Notes: generated by a model not told the origin, from the sequence alone. A stretch of DNA of 64,000 nt from Candidatus Bathyarchaeota archaeon (GCA_963733095.1 CAVTBV010000007.1:1-64000); one strand, 5' to 3'; shown: positions 1 to 10,512, numbered from the stretch's first letter. Numbers and translations: made by a program.

Positions 1-1
1 A

Positions 2-229
2 ATGAGTAGTTTAAGAGAAAAATTAGACAGACTCAAGCGTTTAGAAGCTGAAAAGAAAAAGCTACTTTGTGAGATTAAAGAATGTAAAAAATTGAATAAA
101 GCTAGAGTTGGTTTGTACCAAGATAGTTTTATAGAAAGAACAAAACGAAGAACCCAAATTTTTCTAGAAAAATTTTATAGTGTTCTTCGGTTTTTCTCAT
201 TTTTCATCTTCAACCTGTACTCTATTTAG
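2..229 (+). CDS. Small coiled-coil protein; shares a module with 1394..1876 and 2048..2449, C-terminus possibly degenerate
   Basis: LREKLDRLKRLEAEKKKLLCEIKECKKL aligns with LKNTIEKIRTLEEEKRNLLLEIDELEKM; at window edge. Confidence 0.45.
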   Translation: MSSLREKLDRLKRLEAEKKKLLCEIKECKKLNKARVGLYQDSFIERTKRRTQIFLEKFYSVLRFFSFFIFNLYSI

Positions 230-358
230 GTATTTAATAGTCGTATTTCACTTCAAGGCATATCCCAAGAATCGACACTATCAATGGCTACCTTAGAGGG
301 GTCGCAGACCAAATTTCCTCAATTCGTAATACTATTATCTCAAATTACAAGTATAATA

Positions 359-1120
359 TCACGCGTCTGATAAAATGAAAAAAACAGAATCCAGACTTTT
401 GGGGAACGTAAAAAAAATCCACCCGTTAAATCGTGTCCAACCAAATGTTTGCCATGGACTTATTGCAGTTCCGTGGCATTTATGATGATGCGTTGGAGCT
501 GGTGTCGGGGAAGAGCTTAACGTTGGGGTTGGCGTTGGTTTGGGTGTTGTTGAAGCTGTTGGTGTAGGCGCTGGAGTAGGACTTTTTGTCGGTTCAGGAG
601 TAGAGGAAGGATTAGAAATAGGCGTCGGAGTGGCAGTCGCTGTTGGCGTTGATGTTGGGGTTGGAGTTGCTGTTGGCGTTGATGATGGTGTGGGTGTTGG
701 ATATGGAATTACCGTAAGTGTAGGTGTAGGTGTTGGCGGAGTCGGTGAGGTAGTGACGGTTGGGATAGGTGTTGACGAAGCCGGGGGTGTAGGCACTGGA
801 GTTGGAGTTGTCGTCGTTTCAGGAGTTGAGGAAGGAGTAGGACCAGGAGTTGGAAAAGTTGTAGGCACTTGGGTGGCAGAAGTCGGGGTCGGATTTGGTG
901 TTTGAGTGGGGGTTGGGGTAAAAGTTGGAGCAAGCGTCGGTGTCGGGACCTGACTTTGAGAAGTTGGATTAAGCAAGTAAGGCGAGACCAATAACCCAAT
1001 TACTATGAAAAGGAGGATTAAAAGGGCACTATTTGCTAATCTTTTGTAGATCCTTGGCATATGAAGCCTATTCTCTACCGCATACGTGAAAACCATTCTC
1101 TTGCTTCGTCCTTTCTCCAT
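359..1120 (-). CDS. Membrane-anchored Pro/Thr-rich surface protein
   Basis: One N-terminal hydrophobic helix followed by ~150 aa of TP repeats; true start may be downstream (MPRIYK). Confidence 0.6.
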   Translation of the reverse strand: MEKGRSKRMVFTYAVENRLHMPRIYKRLANSALLILLFIVIGLLVSPYLLNPTSQSQVPTPTLAPTFTPTPTQTPNPTPTSATQVPTTFPTPGPTPSSTPETTTTPTPVPTPPASSTPIPTVTTSPTPPTPTPTLTVIPYPTPTPSSTPTATPTPTSTPTATATPTPISNPSSTPEPTKSPTPAPTPTASTTPKPTPTPTLSSSPTPAPTHHHKCHGTAISPWQTFGWTRFNGWIFFTFPKSLDSVFFILSDA

Positions 1121-1393
1121 TAAAACAGTAGGCAGTGTGTTTATTTATACTATTATTACGTTAGTAACAATATTATGAAAACTACACATTTGTTATTTTA
1201 GCTCCACCAATCGTTAACTCTATTATTTGGATTATTGATCGAACTTTGTCTACTCGATCTATTCAAATGGCCTCGCCTCTTTGAAAGGAGGAAATCTTTG
1301 TAATCAATGGACCAAAGAGTCCTCTCAAACAGTCCAATCTTAATTCCCTGCTTACCCTAAACGCTCTTTAACGCACAATTTAAGACCACTGAA

Positions 1394-1876
1394 TTAAACT
1401 TTGAACGTTTTGTTCTTACATTTTTTGCTCCCAGTCTTCATTTTATTCAGACCTAAGCGTAAGAAATCAGCAATTTTGACTTTGTTCCGCAATGCATTGA
1501 CTTCATTCTCCAAAGCAGTAGCCCTTGCCTCAGACAATTTTTTAAGCTCCTCAATCTCAACTAAAAGACTCCACTTTTCCTCTTCTAGAGTTCTTATTTT
1601 TTCAATCGTATTTTTTAGGCTGGCTATTTCCTGTTTATCAGAATCAGTCAGCACAGCTATATTTTTGTACCTATTTTCAGGCAACCTATAGATAAAAATC
1701 ATTGCAACGATAATTGCAACGGCGACAAGCACAAGCCCCAACGACGGCATACTAATCACCTGTGCAGTAACAGTAGAAGCCTCGCAAATCTCTGTAGCTG
1801 CCCTAACTTCGCCAATATTAAACAAAATAAATACAAGAAAAAAGCAAATTTGACCAACTACTCTCTGATTATTCAT
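1394..1876 (-). CDS. Membrane-anchored coiled-coil protein
   Basis: Signal-like segment, TM helix, then LKNTIEKIRTLEEEK...ALENEVNALR module. Confidence 0.6.
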   Translation of the reverse strand: MNNQRVVGQICFFLVFILFNIGEVRAATEICEASTVTAQVISMPSLGLVLVAVAIIVAMIFIYRLPENRYKNIAVLTDSDKQEIASLKNTIEKIRTLEEEKWSLLVEIEELKKLSEARATALENEVNALRNKVKIADFLRLGLNKMKTGSKKCKNKTFKV

Positions 1877-2047
1877 GTTTCGTTAAGCTCTCTGCTTTTC
1901 TATTGGTTTTCAATTTCTATGCTATTTCTGTTGCTCGGTTGTTTTTGTTTAGGCTTGTTTTTTCTTAGCGTTATTACGGCATAGGGTTGTAGGGCGGAGA
2001 TTGGCAGATGGTATGCTTCAGCAAATGAGCAATTATTTTTGTATTCT

Positions 2048-2449
2048 TTATTTTTTGAATTTCCGATCCGACTTTTGCTCTAATCCAGTAAATAGAATTT
2101 TTAGCGATTTAACTTCGTCCCGCAGTGCGTTTACTTCATTCTCCAAAGCTACAGCCTTTGCTTCAGACATTTTTTCAAGTTCGTCAATTTCAAGTAGAAG
2201 GTTTCGCTTTTCCTCTTCTAGAGTTCTTATTTTTTCAATCGTATTTTTAAGAGTACTCATTTCATGTTCCCCATTAATTTTTAAATTAAAACCTATTCCA
2301 ACATTATCTTCATCTAAATTTGTGGGTGAAATAGACCGATAATTGCTCTTTTCTGCTATTTGCTGTTTTAGGTAAGCCCTGGTTCTTTCCAAGAATTCGG
2401 TTTTTTGAGAATCAGAAAGTGAAAGCAAATCAACAGTTGTTTTTGACAT
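2048..2449 (-). CDS. Soluble coiled-coil protein
   Basis: Same module as 1394..1876, nearly identical at DNA level. Confidence 0.65.
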   Translation of the reverse strand: MSKTTVDLLSLSDSQKTEFLERTRAYLKQQIAEKSNYRSISPTNLDEDNVGIGFNLKINGEHEMSTLKNTIEKIRTLEEEKRNLLLEIDELEKMSEAKAVALENEVNALRDEVKSLKILFTGLEQKSDRKFKK

Positions 2450-2712
2450 TCTATCTTACCTGTGTTCTAAGAAAATGTTTTTTCTTAATAAATGACTTAT
2501 TTCAGCAGGAACCATGTATCTAAATTTGATATGTTCTAATCTTGCATTTTAACTCTTATGTTAATAAAATTTTAATCTAATAATTGGAAGTTTTCTACTA
2601 TAACGTATTTTCTATTCTGCGGATATATTTTTATTTTTTTTATGAATTAACGATTTAACAATATCGATATTAGACTTTTAGCTAAAGAACCTTGACAATC
2701 TTGGATTCATTG

Positions 2713-3279
2713 CTAAGGATTATCCCAGAAACCTTCCAAGACATTTGGGTCCGTTATATCTAGTTGCTGAGTTAACCATTTTTTAAGAATTATGGAGATG
2801 CTTGGAAGAGCGCCTGTATACTTAATCATTTGGTTTCCTTTAACTGCATGAGCCTGTAAAGCAGCCTCATCTTCTTTATAGCTAAAAGACAAGGTTTGCG
2901 CATGCATTGCTAAAGCTGCAAAATCCTCCCATTGTTTACAATTCAACAACAAAGTAAGTCCGCTTTGAAGCACTGGTTTTGAAAAGTCATGTGTTGCCAG
3001 TGTCTGAGGCGCCTGATTCTCTTCCTTAGCTTGTGAAGCCTCTTTGGGTACGTTTGACTGGTCACCAATAATTTGTGTTACTTCATTTTGTATGACACTT
3101 ATTTTTTCTTCTGCATTTTCCACTTTGCCGTATAATGCACTTATAGATTCCAAATGTTCAGTAAGCGTTGCCAACTCTTGAATCGACTTATCTAAAATTT
3201 GTTCATGTTTTTTTAAAATGTTAATAATGAAATCCAAAGCCTCAAAGTATTTATCCTCCGACCCAGAGTTTTTGGCCAT
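2713..3279 (-). CDS. Conserved hypothetical protein, N-terminal coiled coil (EALDFIINILKKHE)
   Basis: 188-aa ORF with heptad pattern and purine-rich upstream RBS region. Confidence 0.7.
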   Translation of the reverse strand: MAKNSGSEDKYFEALDFIINILKKHEQILDKSIQELATLTEHLESISALYGKVENAEEKISVIQNEVTQIIGDQSNVPKEASQAKEENQAPQTLATHDFSKPVLQSGLTLLLNCKQWEDFAALAMHAQTLSFSYKEDEAALQAHAVKGNQMIKYTGALPSISIILKKWLTQQLDITDPNVLEGFWDNP

Positions 3280-3685
3280 ATCTTTCCTTTTCCCATCTAA
3301 AACTTCCTCCTTAACTTCTTAAGTTGTATTTCGATAATTAGAATATTTTATTTCTGAAATAGCGTGGGCATCCGCTAAAGTGCACTATATTTCTAAGGAA
3401 AAATCAAGGTAGTTAATCAAGGCAAGTTTTCTCAACTTGCCAACCAATCGGAGTAAGCAAAAATAGTTCGTCCAGACATGTGTTAATCTCAATCAGCCTT
3501 CTTGCGAGCACATTTCAATGCATCTTCATCAAACGGGGTTGATTGCGAACTGTCTTATTACTTATTGACGTTGGACTTAACCTATGGTGAACTAAAAAAC
3601 AAAACATGAAAAAACTTAAGATAAAATTCAGGAGCAACCGTCTCAAACACGTCTATTTCCTCTTAATTGTCCTTTTGGATTCGTT

Positions 3686-3916
3686 TCAACGACATTTTTT
3701 AGAAACCTCGCAATCTAAATCTAATCTTAAAAACCTGTGTTTACACTTGGTTTCCTTGCAACCGTAAAGCAAGAGGTTGGGGTTGGTATAGTTGGCTGTT
3801 AAGACTTCAGTGGTTGACTTGCAGTTTTCACACCGCTCCGCTCTAACTTGGTTGTTTGATACGTGTCCTTTGATTAATAAGACACTCCAAGACTTTTCTT
3901 TAAATGAATTAAACAC
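3686..3916 (-). CDS. Possible small Zn-ribbon protein
   Basis: CENC...CKETKC motifs in a 76-aa ORF. Confidence 0.3.
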   Translation of the reverse strand: MFNSFKEKSWSVLLIKGHVSNNQVRAERCENCKSTTEVLTANYTNPNLLLYGCKETKCKHRFLRLDLDCEVSKKCR

Positions 3917-4414
3917 CGAAACCTGCCCTTCTAGAAAAAACTAAAATCATATCAGAATTACATTTTCTAAGTTAAAATGGTTAATGTTGTTTAAATTTGT
4001 TTGTGATTGTAGATAAGCAACAACTATTATTGGACTAAAAATCCAACAACAAACCGATTGCTGCATCAAACAATAATTTACACTGAATATTTGAATAAAC
4101 AATAACAAACCTGAAGCAAGCATAAGTTCAACATTAACCAAAGTGACCGCAAGCTATCGTGACACACATAACAATTATTACAAATGAAACCCTCCAGCAC
4201 AATCAGTCACGAATAACTAAAGCAATTCATCATTTACATTAGACGAAGAAAAAAAAATAACGTCTAAAAAGAGCCGGAACTAAACATTCAAAGTCTTGCG
4301 GTGAAGTTGGGTTTTTTCCTATTAATCTTCGATTCATATGTCGCTTTCATAAGTGAGTTATATACCTTCAGCCATCTTGGATTGTCATTGTAATTGGGAG
4401 GATATGTGTGAATT

Positions 4415-4594
4415 ATGAAACAAATTGCGGATAAAGAAAGAAAAGGAATAGAAACCAAGTTAGCGAATGTTTTCGACAAAGAAATCAATTGTTTGTCTAC
4501 CGAATTGCGTGAAATATTGCTAGATGACATGGTGACAGCCTTCGAAAATAGATTAAATGTGTTAAACAATTTGGATAGAAAAACTGCAAATTGA
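4415..4594 (+). CDS. 59-aa hypothetical protein not in the ORF track (MKQIADKERKGIETKLANVFDKEINCLSTELREILLDDMVTAFENRLNVLNNLDRKTAN)
   Basis: Translated by hand; GGGAGG upstream; co-oriented with the following wHTH gene. Confidence 0.6.
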   Translation: MKQIADKERKGIETKLANVFDKEINCLSTELREILLDDMVTAFENRLNVLNNLDRKTAN

Positions 4595-4683
4595 CCCCTC
4601 AAATGGACAAAAACACTGATCACTAATACACAAATGATTTATAACTAAACAGAACATTAAACAAAAAAAGAGGAAGTATACAA

Positions 4684-4977
4684 GTGCGACGATCAAAACT
4701 GGAAATGTATATTGACATCCTTACAGTGCTTGCCCACCGAGGACCACTGAAGCTAACTCACGTCATGTACAAAGCAAATGTTAACTGCAGTGTCCTCAAA
4801 GAGTATTTAGAGTTCTTGATAAAGCAGGGCTTAGTTGAAGAACGCACCGTAGGAAAAGCACGCGTAGTTTTCGCTGTCACGCAACGCGGCATTACGGTTC
4901 TGAAGTACTTCAAGGAACTAAAGCAAGTCTTGCCAATAGTAGAGGAAGCAAGAAGCCAAACCCCAATTCCCTACTAA
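4684..4977 (+). CDS. Archaeal winged-HTH transcriptional regulator (ArnR1/HTH_45-like)
   Basis: RRSKLEMYIDIL...THVMYKANVN...T.RG pattern. Confidence 0.85.
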   Translation: MRRSKLEMYIDILTVLAHRGPLKLTHVMYKANVNCSVLKEYLEFLIKQGLVEERTVGKARVVFAVTQRGITVLKYFKELKQVLPIVEEARSQTPIPY

Positions 4978-5170
4978 ACCCAAAACTTTAGTTTGTTTTA
5001 CCCCTTTTAAATTATTCAACCCAATTTTTGTATTTCTTCAGTTATCTAGATGGCTTTGTCGGTTTTGTTTATTTACTTCAAATAACTACCACAGTGTCGC
5101 AAGACTTAATAAATAGCAAATCCTTAACACTAACAAACTGTACACATGGAAGACAACTCGGGGAAAGCAC

Positions 5171-5566
5171 GTGATAAGAAACGAACTATCAAATAAAAAA
5201 CCGTTAAACATTCTGGAAAAAATAGAAGAAAACCTCGAGAAGCTCAACGATAAAATGGAAATCATGATTGAAATTCAAAAGAATGGCAGCAACAGCGATG
5301 GCAATAGCCAGAGAACATCTCTTGCGTTGCCTGATGCTTCATTGGATGTTATGACTCTACTGTCAATGCCTGATCACCTACGTAAGACAGCTATGACTAT
5401 TTGCAGGAATGGAAGAGCAACAGCTGAAGAAATCTCAGAGCAAACAAAACGTGCCCGAGCAGTGGAAAGCGCTTACCTTAATCAACTGGTCATTATGGGT
5501 TACTTAAAGAAGGAGCGCAAAGGCAGAAAAGCATACTTTTTCATAGATAGGGAAAACCAGAGTTGA
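5171..5566 (+). CDS. Coiled-coil plus winged-HTH DNA-binding protein
   Basis: ATAEEISEQTKRARAVESAYLNQLVIMGYL..ERKGRKAYF; overlaps the start of the next gene. Confidence 0.75.
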   Translation: MIRNELSNKKPLNILEKIEENLEKLNDKMEIMIEIQKNGSNSDGNSQRTSLALPDASLDVMTLLSMPDHLRKTAMTICRNGRATAEEISEQTKRARAVESAYLNQLVIMGYLKKERKGRKAYFFIDRENQS

Positions 5567-6351
5567 AAACTATGAACAAAATAATCGCAGTACACTCATA
5601 CAAAGGCGGAACAGGAAAAACCCTCCTCTCAGTAAACTTAGCCGCAACATTCGCCAAGAACGGAAAGAAAGTCTGCATCTTCGACCTAGATTTTCGGGCC
5701 CCAAGCTTATTTGCCATACTCAAAGCCCCAAACGCAAGTTTCTGGCTCAACGACTACCTAAACAACACCGCCGACATAGAGAAAACCCTCGTAGATTTAA
5801 GCAACCGAATATCTGGAACCGGCAAGTTTTACGCCTGCCTAGCAAACCCCTCGACAGAAGCAATCAGAGACATGTCCTCAAAAGACCGCAAATGGGAAAT
5901 GCGAGCATTAGGCCGACTTCTCTCCCTTCGAGAAACGTTACTCAACAACGGAAAGTTTGATTACTTAATCTTCGACACCAGCCCCGGATTACAGTACTCC
6001 TCTATCAATGCAATTGTAGCAGCGGACTTCGCAGTTGTCACAACAACAGGCGATCGATCAGATGTTGACGGAACAAAACGCATGCTAACTGAACTCTACA
6101 ATTTGTTCGAAAAGAAAACCGGGTTAGTGCTAAACAAAGTGCTCGATACTTCAGTAACCGCTAAGAAAACTGAGATGCAAAACAAAATCAAAGTTGACTA
6201 CCAAGTGCCACTACTTGGAATCTTGCCATGTTTCTGTGAAATATTGCGTGCAGAAGGAAACTTAATTTTTGTGCAAGATAAACAGGATCATCCATTCACG
6301 AAGATACTGGCTGAGATGGCTAAAAAAATCGAGGATGACAAAGTAAACTAA
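5563..6351 (+). CDS. MinD/ParA family ATPase
   Basis: Deviant Walker A KGGTGKT, DLDFRAP, DTSPG. Confidence 0.9.
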   Translation: MKTMNKIIAVHSYKGGTGKTLLSVNLAATFAKNGKKVCIFDLDFRAPSLFAILKAPNASFWLNDYLNNTADIEKTLVDLSNRISGTGKFYACLANPSTEAIRDMSSKDRKWEMRALGRLLSLRETLLNNGKFDYLIFDTSPGLQYSSINAIVAADFAVVTTTGDRSDVDGTKRMLTELYNLFEKKTGLVLNKVLDTSVTAKKTEMQNKIKVDYQVPLLGILPCFCEILRAEGNLIFVQDKQDHPFTKILAEMAKKIEDDKVN

Positions 6352-6424
6352 GCATCACTTTTTCCTTTTACGAAAAAGCTTAAACTTTACGGCACGTGCT
6401 AGAATTTCCAAGTAGGAGTAAGAT

Positions 6425-7084
6425 ATGTTGGATAGGTCAGCAATTATTTTGGCAGGCGGCGCTTCAGATGGATTCAGCGGCGAAAAAGGCGTCTCAGAAT
6501 TAAACGGAAAACCCTTAATCAGCCATGTTGTTGATGCTGTAAAAGGTTTAGTTGACGAAGTTATAGTTGTAACAAACTCTCAAGAACGCGCAGACTTGTA
6601 TGCTAAGGCTTTGTCTTCTGAAGTCAGGTTTGTCGTTAACACATCCGAGGTAGAAGGATTTTTAGTTGAAGCAATAGCAGGCTTTGAAGCAGCTAATGGC
6701 GAGTATTCGGCGCTTCTTCCATTTGACAGCCCATTTGTCTCCCAAGAGGTCTTATCTTTGCTCTTTGACTGCAGCATCGGTAAAGCGGCGGTTATTCCAA
6801 GAACCACGGATATGGAATGCGAGCCCGTACACGCCGTTTACCATACAAAACTAGCCTTAGAAGCTGCTAAAGAAGCGTTAGAGGAAAACGAGTTGGATGT
6901 TCAGGCGATGGTTGAGAAGCTGCGTGGAGTAAGGTATATGTCTATGATGGTTATTGAGCAGTTGGATCCTGATTTGAAGACTTTTTTTAGAGTACATACA
7001 ACTTTTGATCTTAAGAAAGCAGCAGTTATGGGTAAGCCTAGAAAGACATCGAAGACAAAACCAAACAGCGTAAGAAGATGGTAG
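6425..7084 (+). CDS. mobA: Molybdenum cofactor guanylyltransferase-like protein
   Basis: AIILAGG...K...NGKPLI, PFDSPF, EPVHAVY; some motifs divergent. Confidence 0.75.
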   Translation: MLDRSAIILAGGASDGFSGEKGVSELNGKPLISHVVDAVKGLVDEVIVVTNSQERADLYAKALSSEVRFVVNTSEVEGFLVEAIAGFEAANGEYSALLPFDSPFVSQEVLSLLFDCSIGKAAVIPRTTDMECEPVHAVYHTKLALEAAKEALEENELDVQAMVEKLRGVRYMSMMVIEQLDPDLKTFFRVHTTFDLKKAAVMGKPRKTSKTKPNSVRRW

Positions 7085-7533
7085 TTACTAAGAAGATTAA
7101 ATCCTAACAGGTAGCAGCGCATTCTCCTCCATAGTTTCTGCAATGAGTTCCTAATTGGGGTGCAAACAAGTTCGTGGTATACATGAGTTTCTTAAGGTTT
7201 TAACTTCAAATTACATTCAGTTTGTTGTTGCGTTACTACAACCACATTGTTTTTTATTATTCAAGCCATATTACTGGATGTCGAGCGCGAAAGGAAGCAA
7301 TAAAACCCTAAAGCGCCTATCGAAACAACGATTAACTACAAGGCAGAAAACTAAACCCTGTCTCCTAACATGTTAACCGCGATTCAGTAAGAAAAACAAT
7401 GGAGTAATAGCCTATGGAGCTTTGTGAAGAATGACGCTTCGCAGAAAATAACCATAAACTGAGTGAAATTCGAGGAAACTAATTTTTTAAAAAAGGCTAA
7501 AATGGAGAGTGAAAATTGGATAATTACCTATTT

Positions 7534-7944
7534 TTAGATTGCTTTGTCGTTGAAGCAGAAGTGCTCTATAGGCTTCCCGGAAACTAGGCTGTATTCTTTG
7601 TAGACTTGGCATGTGTTGCATATGCAAGCTTTATTGCTATCCAGGTCGGTGCAAGCAGCTTTCCCGATGGAACAGAAGGGTCCAGCCAACTCCTCGGGCT
7701 TGGGCATTTTCATCTCCCCCATCTGATTTGGCATCGCGCTCATCGAACCCGCAGGCATATCTGAGCCTTTCATGCCTATGTTGGATCGCATATCCATCAT
7801 CATCTTAAGCTTAGGCACCGAACAGGTACTCTGAGCCTGCACAGGACACATACCACACATACACTTCATCACAACATCATTGTTTAAGGGAACTTTTTGA
7901 GCTTCGTTTTTTCGTCCAAATAACGGCATTTCTTCACCTCCCAA
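7534..7944 (-). CDS. DUF2769-like Cys-rich protein with Met-rich insert
   Basis: CMCGMCPVQ...C, FCSIGKAAC, CICNTCQVY...FC. Confidence 0.75.
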   Translation of the reverse strand: MGGEEMPLFGRKNEAQKVPLNNDVVMKCMCGMCPVQAQSTCSVPKLKMMMDMRSNIGMKGSDMPAGSMSAMPNQMGEMKMPKPEELAGPFCSIGKAACTDLDSNKACICNTCQVYKEYSLVSGKPIEHFCFNDKAI

Positions 7945-8209
7945 AAAACAGGTTAACCAACAAGAAAAGGGGTGTTATAAAGGGATATAAGACTGTGTTA
8001 CTGCGTGAACACACCAACAACTGCTATTTCTCATCTTATCAGAGAAACTTTATCCGCGGTTAACAGGCTCTTGCAAATTTCAAAAATGTAAATTTAAGGC
8101 ATATTTTTGCGAGTTTTTGGGTCTTCGATTGACCTTTGCCGCTTAAAAAGAAAGCACTTAGCAATTACCGAAGCAGAGGCCATCAACCCCAAAACTTAAG
8201 CCGAGTAGC

Positions 8210-8810
8210 TTAACTCGACCATTCTTGGCAAAAACTCATAGACGCCAACCAATCCGAACCAACCAATCCGAACAACACAAAGATTATTGCGGATAACCAT
8301 TTTAGTTTGTGACGTGGAATCCGTCTGCAGAAGACAACACCGATGACTATTCCTATGCAGTCTGCGACAAGCATTGCCAAAGTTGCACCTAATAGAACGC
8401 TGATTGGACTTTGGTATTGAACAGCTAAACTTAAAGTTGCAAGCTGTATCTTATCGCCTAATTCTGCAACAAAAAAAACTATGCCCACCGTTGCGATTAT
8501 TCCGAAACGTGAAAGCTTAACACTCCGTCTTCGGTCTTTTCTTCTCGTATCGTCCAAACTCCAAACACAATGAAAGCGATTGAGCCGTCAAGGAAATCGC
8601 ATCCAGGGGGACAACCTCTTTTAAGAGCTGACCGATTAGTATAACGATGGCAAGTTGGCAATCGTACCCAAGAAAATTGCGAAGAGTACCTTGTAGGGGG
8701 TTTTACTTTGTGGCGAAGGTCATGGCTACAAACTGAGTTTTGTCACCCATCTCAGCAAGAACAACCAGCAGAAAGGATGCGGAGAAGGCGGCTAAGCTCA
8801 GGTCAATCAA
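8210..8810 (-). pseudogene. TMEM165/GDT1 (UPF0016) Mn/Ca transporter, disrupted
   Basis: Two signature motifs EMGDKTQ and ELGDKIQ; in-frame TAA at 8703-8705 plus frameshifts. Confidence 0.8.
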
Positions 8811-8818
8811 TCTATCCT

Positions 8819-9823
8819 CTACAGGGGAGGTTTGGCGATTTTTTTATTATTCAATGTTTTGGTCCACTGCTTAAATTCAGCGGATATAGTGTGGTCGCGG
8901 TAGAGTTGTTTTCGCTTTGATTCTAAGAAAAGGTTTTCTTTGCCTGCATACTCTGCAGCGGTCAAGATTCTGTGTCCTGATTGGGATGCTTTCTGGAAAA
9001 CCCCATCCATTTTCGATCTCCAAGATTCATCCCTGAGCGCGTGATGCTCCAAAATCACCAATGGCACCGCCTCAACAATTCGCTCTAGATTCCTAAGCCC
9101 CCGTTCCAACTGCGCCAATTCAACACGGAAGCCTCCAAGATAAAGCGGCGGACCGCCCAGCATAATAGCCGAGGGCTTAGCAGCCAGAATTAACTCCAAC
9201 GTATGGGTTGACATGGGTCCTTGAATGTCGGGTGCAAACATGAAACGTTCACTATCGTGTTCAACTATAGTCATTATGACCCAACCCAACATCGAATCCT
9301 CAGAACCATGAACCACAGCCTCAGAAAACCTCAGAATCGTCCTTCCGTAGGTGAATGTTTTGCCGTCGGCTGCTTCCAACGTCTTGGCGTGTTTGCCGCC
9401 TGTTTTTTGGAACATCCAAGCGCGTTGTCGTTGGCTGGCGTTGATGTTTTCTTTGGGGTTTTTGGCGAGGACGGCTTTGTTTTGGTAGATTCGGCGTGCG
9501 GTTTCGCCGTCTTCGGTCCAATTGACTACCCAGTCATCGAACGATGGGGTGTGGTGGTCGAAGTGGTAGTGGCTGATGGTGGTTACTTGTGCTTTGTCAG
9601 CGGCTTCGGCTATCCTTTTGCGGAGACTGGCAATGGTTTGGAATTCGAGAGGATGCGGCGGTAGGTTGAAGCGGTAGGGAGCCAATGAGATTCCGCCATC
9701 CAAAAGCACCGCGACATCAGGAGTTTCAACTAGGGTGCACATTGAGCGGACACCGAAGCTTTCCGCTGCCAAAGGAGAAACCTTGATCGACCTTAAGGGA
9801 TTGTTGGTTTCAATTTTTTCCAT
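8819..9823 (-). CDS. Archaeal metallo-beta-lactamase-fold hydrolase (UPF0282-like)
   Basis: AESFGVRSM, SHYHFDH, EHHALRD motifs. Confidence 0.85.
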   Translation of the reverse strand: MEKIETNNPLRSIKVSPLAAESFGVRSMCTLVETPDVAVLLDGGISLAPYRFNLPPHPLEFQTIASLRKRIAEAADKAQVTTISHYHFDHHTPSFDDWVVNWTEDGETARRIYQNKAVLAKNPKENINASQRQRAWMFQKTGGKHAKTLEAADGKTFTYGRTILRFSEAVVHGSEDSMLGWVIMTIVEHDSERFMFAPDIQGPMSTHTLELILAAKPSAIMLGGPPLYLGGFRVELAQLERGLRNLERIVEAVPLVILEHHALRDESWRSKMDGVFQKASQSGHRILTAAEYAGKENLFLESKRKQLYRDHTISAEFKQWTKTLNNKKIAKPPL

Positions 9824-9979
9824 CTCAAGTCACACGGGAGTTCTTAATAGTTGACTGAGCGCAGAAAGTAAAATGGATTCCGCTGACTTCCTTCAAACTC
9901 CAAAAAATAGTGTTGAGAAATGTTTTGTCAATACCTTTAAATATTTACGTCAACCCACCTTTTTCAGGAGTTATTATTT

Positions 9980-10423
9980 TTGTTAGGTAAATCTGTTTTT
10001 GATTCTTCTAAATGTGATGATAATAAGTCTCGTAAGGATATTGCCGTGGAATTCTTGAATTTGGTAGATTCAGGTAAACCCAAGGATGGACTGGTTTTCT
10101 TTGACCCTGACTGCAAAACCCACAATCCATACACGGGTGGCGGGATTAATGAATTAATCGACTCCATGATTGCGGTGCAAAAGCAGGGATCTGAGGGAAT
10201 AATTAAAGGGTCGAAAGCTGACTTTAAGCTTACAATCAGGGAGGTTCTTGCCGAAGGCGACTTTGTTGCTGTACATACTCAACTCGCAGGATCCAAACCA
10301 AACTATGGAGGCTTGAGGCAAGTGCATCTTTTCCGTTTCAGCGGTGAAAAAATTGTTGAGTACTGGGACATCACCCAATTTGTTCCTGAAAATGCGCCTA
10401 ACGCAGAAGGAGCATTCTCCTAA
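9980..10423 (+). CDS. SnoaL/NTF2-like protein
   Basis: HNP, AEGDFVAVH, FRFSGEKIVEYWD. Confidence 0.8.
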   Translation: MLGKSVFDSSKCDDNKSRKDIAVEFLNLVDSGKPKDGLVFFDPDCKTHNPYTGGGINELIDSMIAVQKQGSEGIIKGSKADFKLTIREVLAEGDFVAVHTQLAGSKPNYGGLRQVHLFRFSGEKIVEYWDITQFVPENAPNAEGAFS

Positions 10424-10512
10424 CCCCCTAATCGTAAGTGACAGTGCGATGACAGTCACAAACAATTAAGTCCTCAAAGCCACCAGCAATAGGATGTACA
10501 AGGTGTTTTTAT

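Noticed and set aside
490-950. Repetitive GTTGG/GGAGT tracts (also 57300-57680) as a CRISPR array or satellite
   Set aside because: They are codons of Pro/Thr-rich linkers on the minus strand, with no constant repeat-spacer period. The Gly/Val antisense ORFs are shadows.
4288-4623. 111-aa minus-strand ORF
   Set aside because: Antisense to the better supported 59-aa plus-strand ORF
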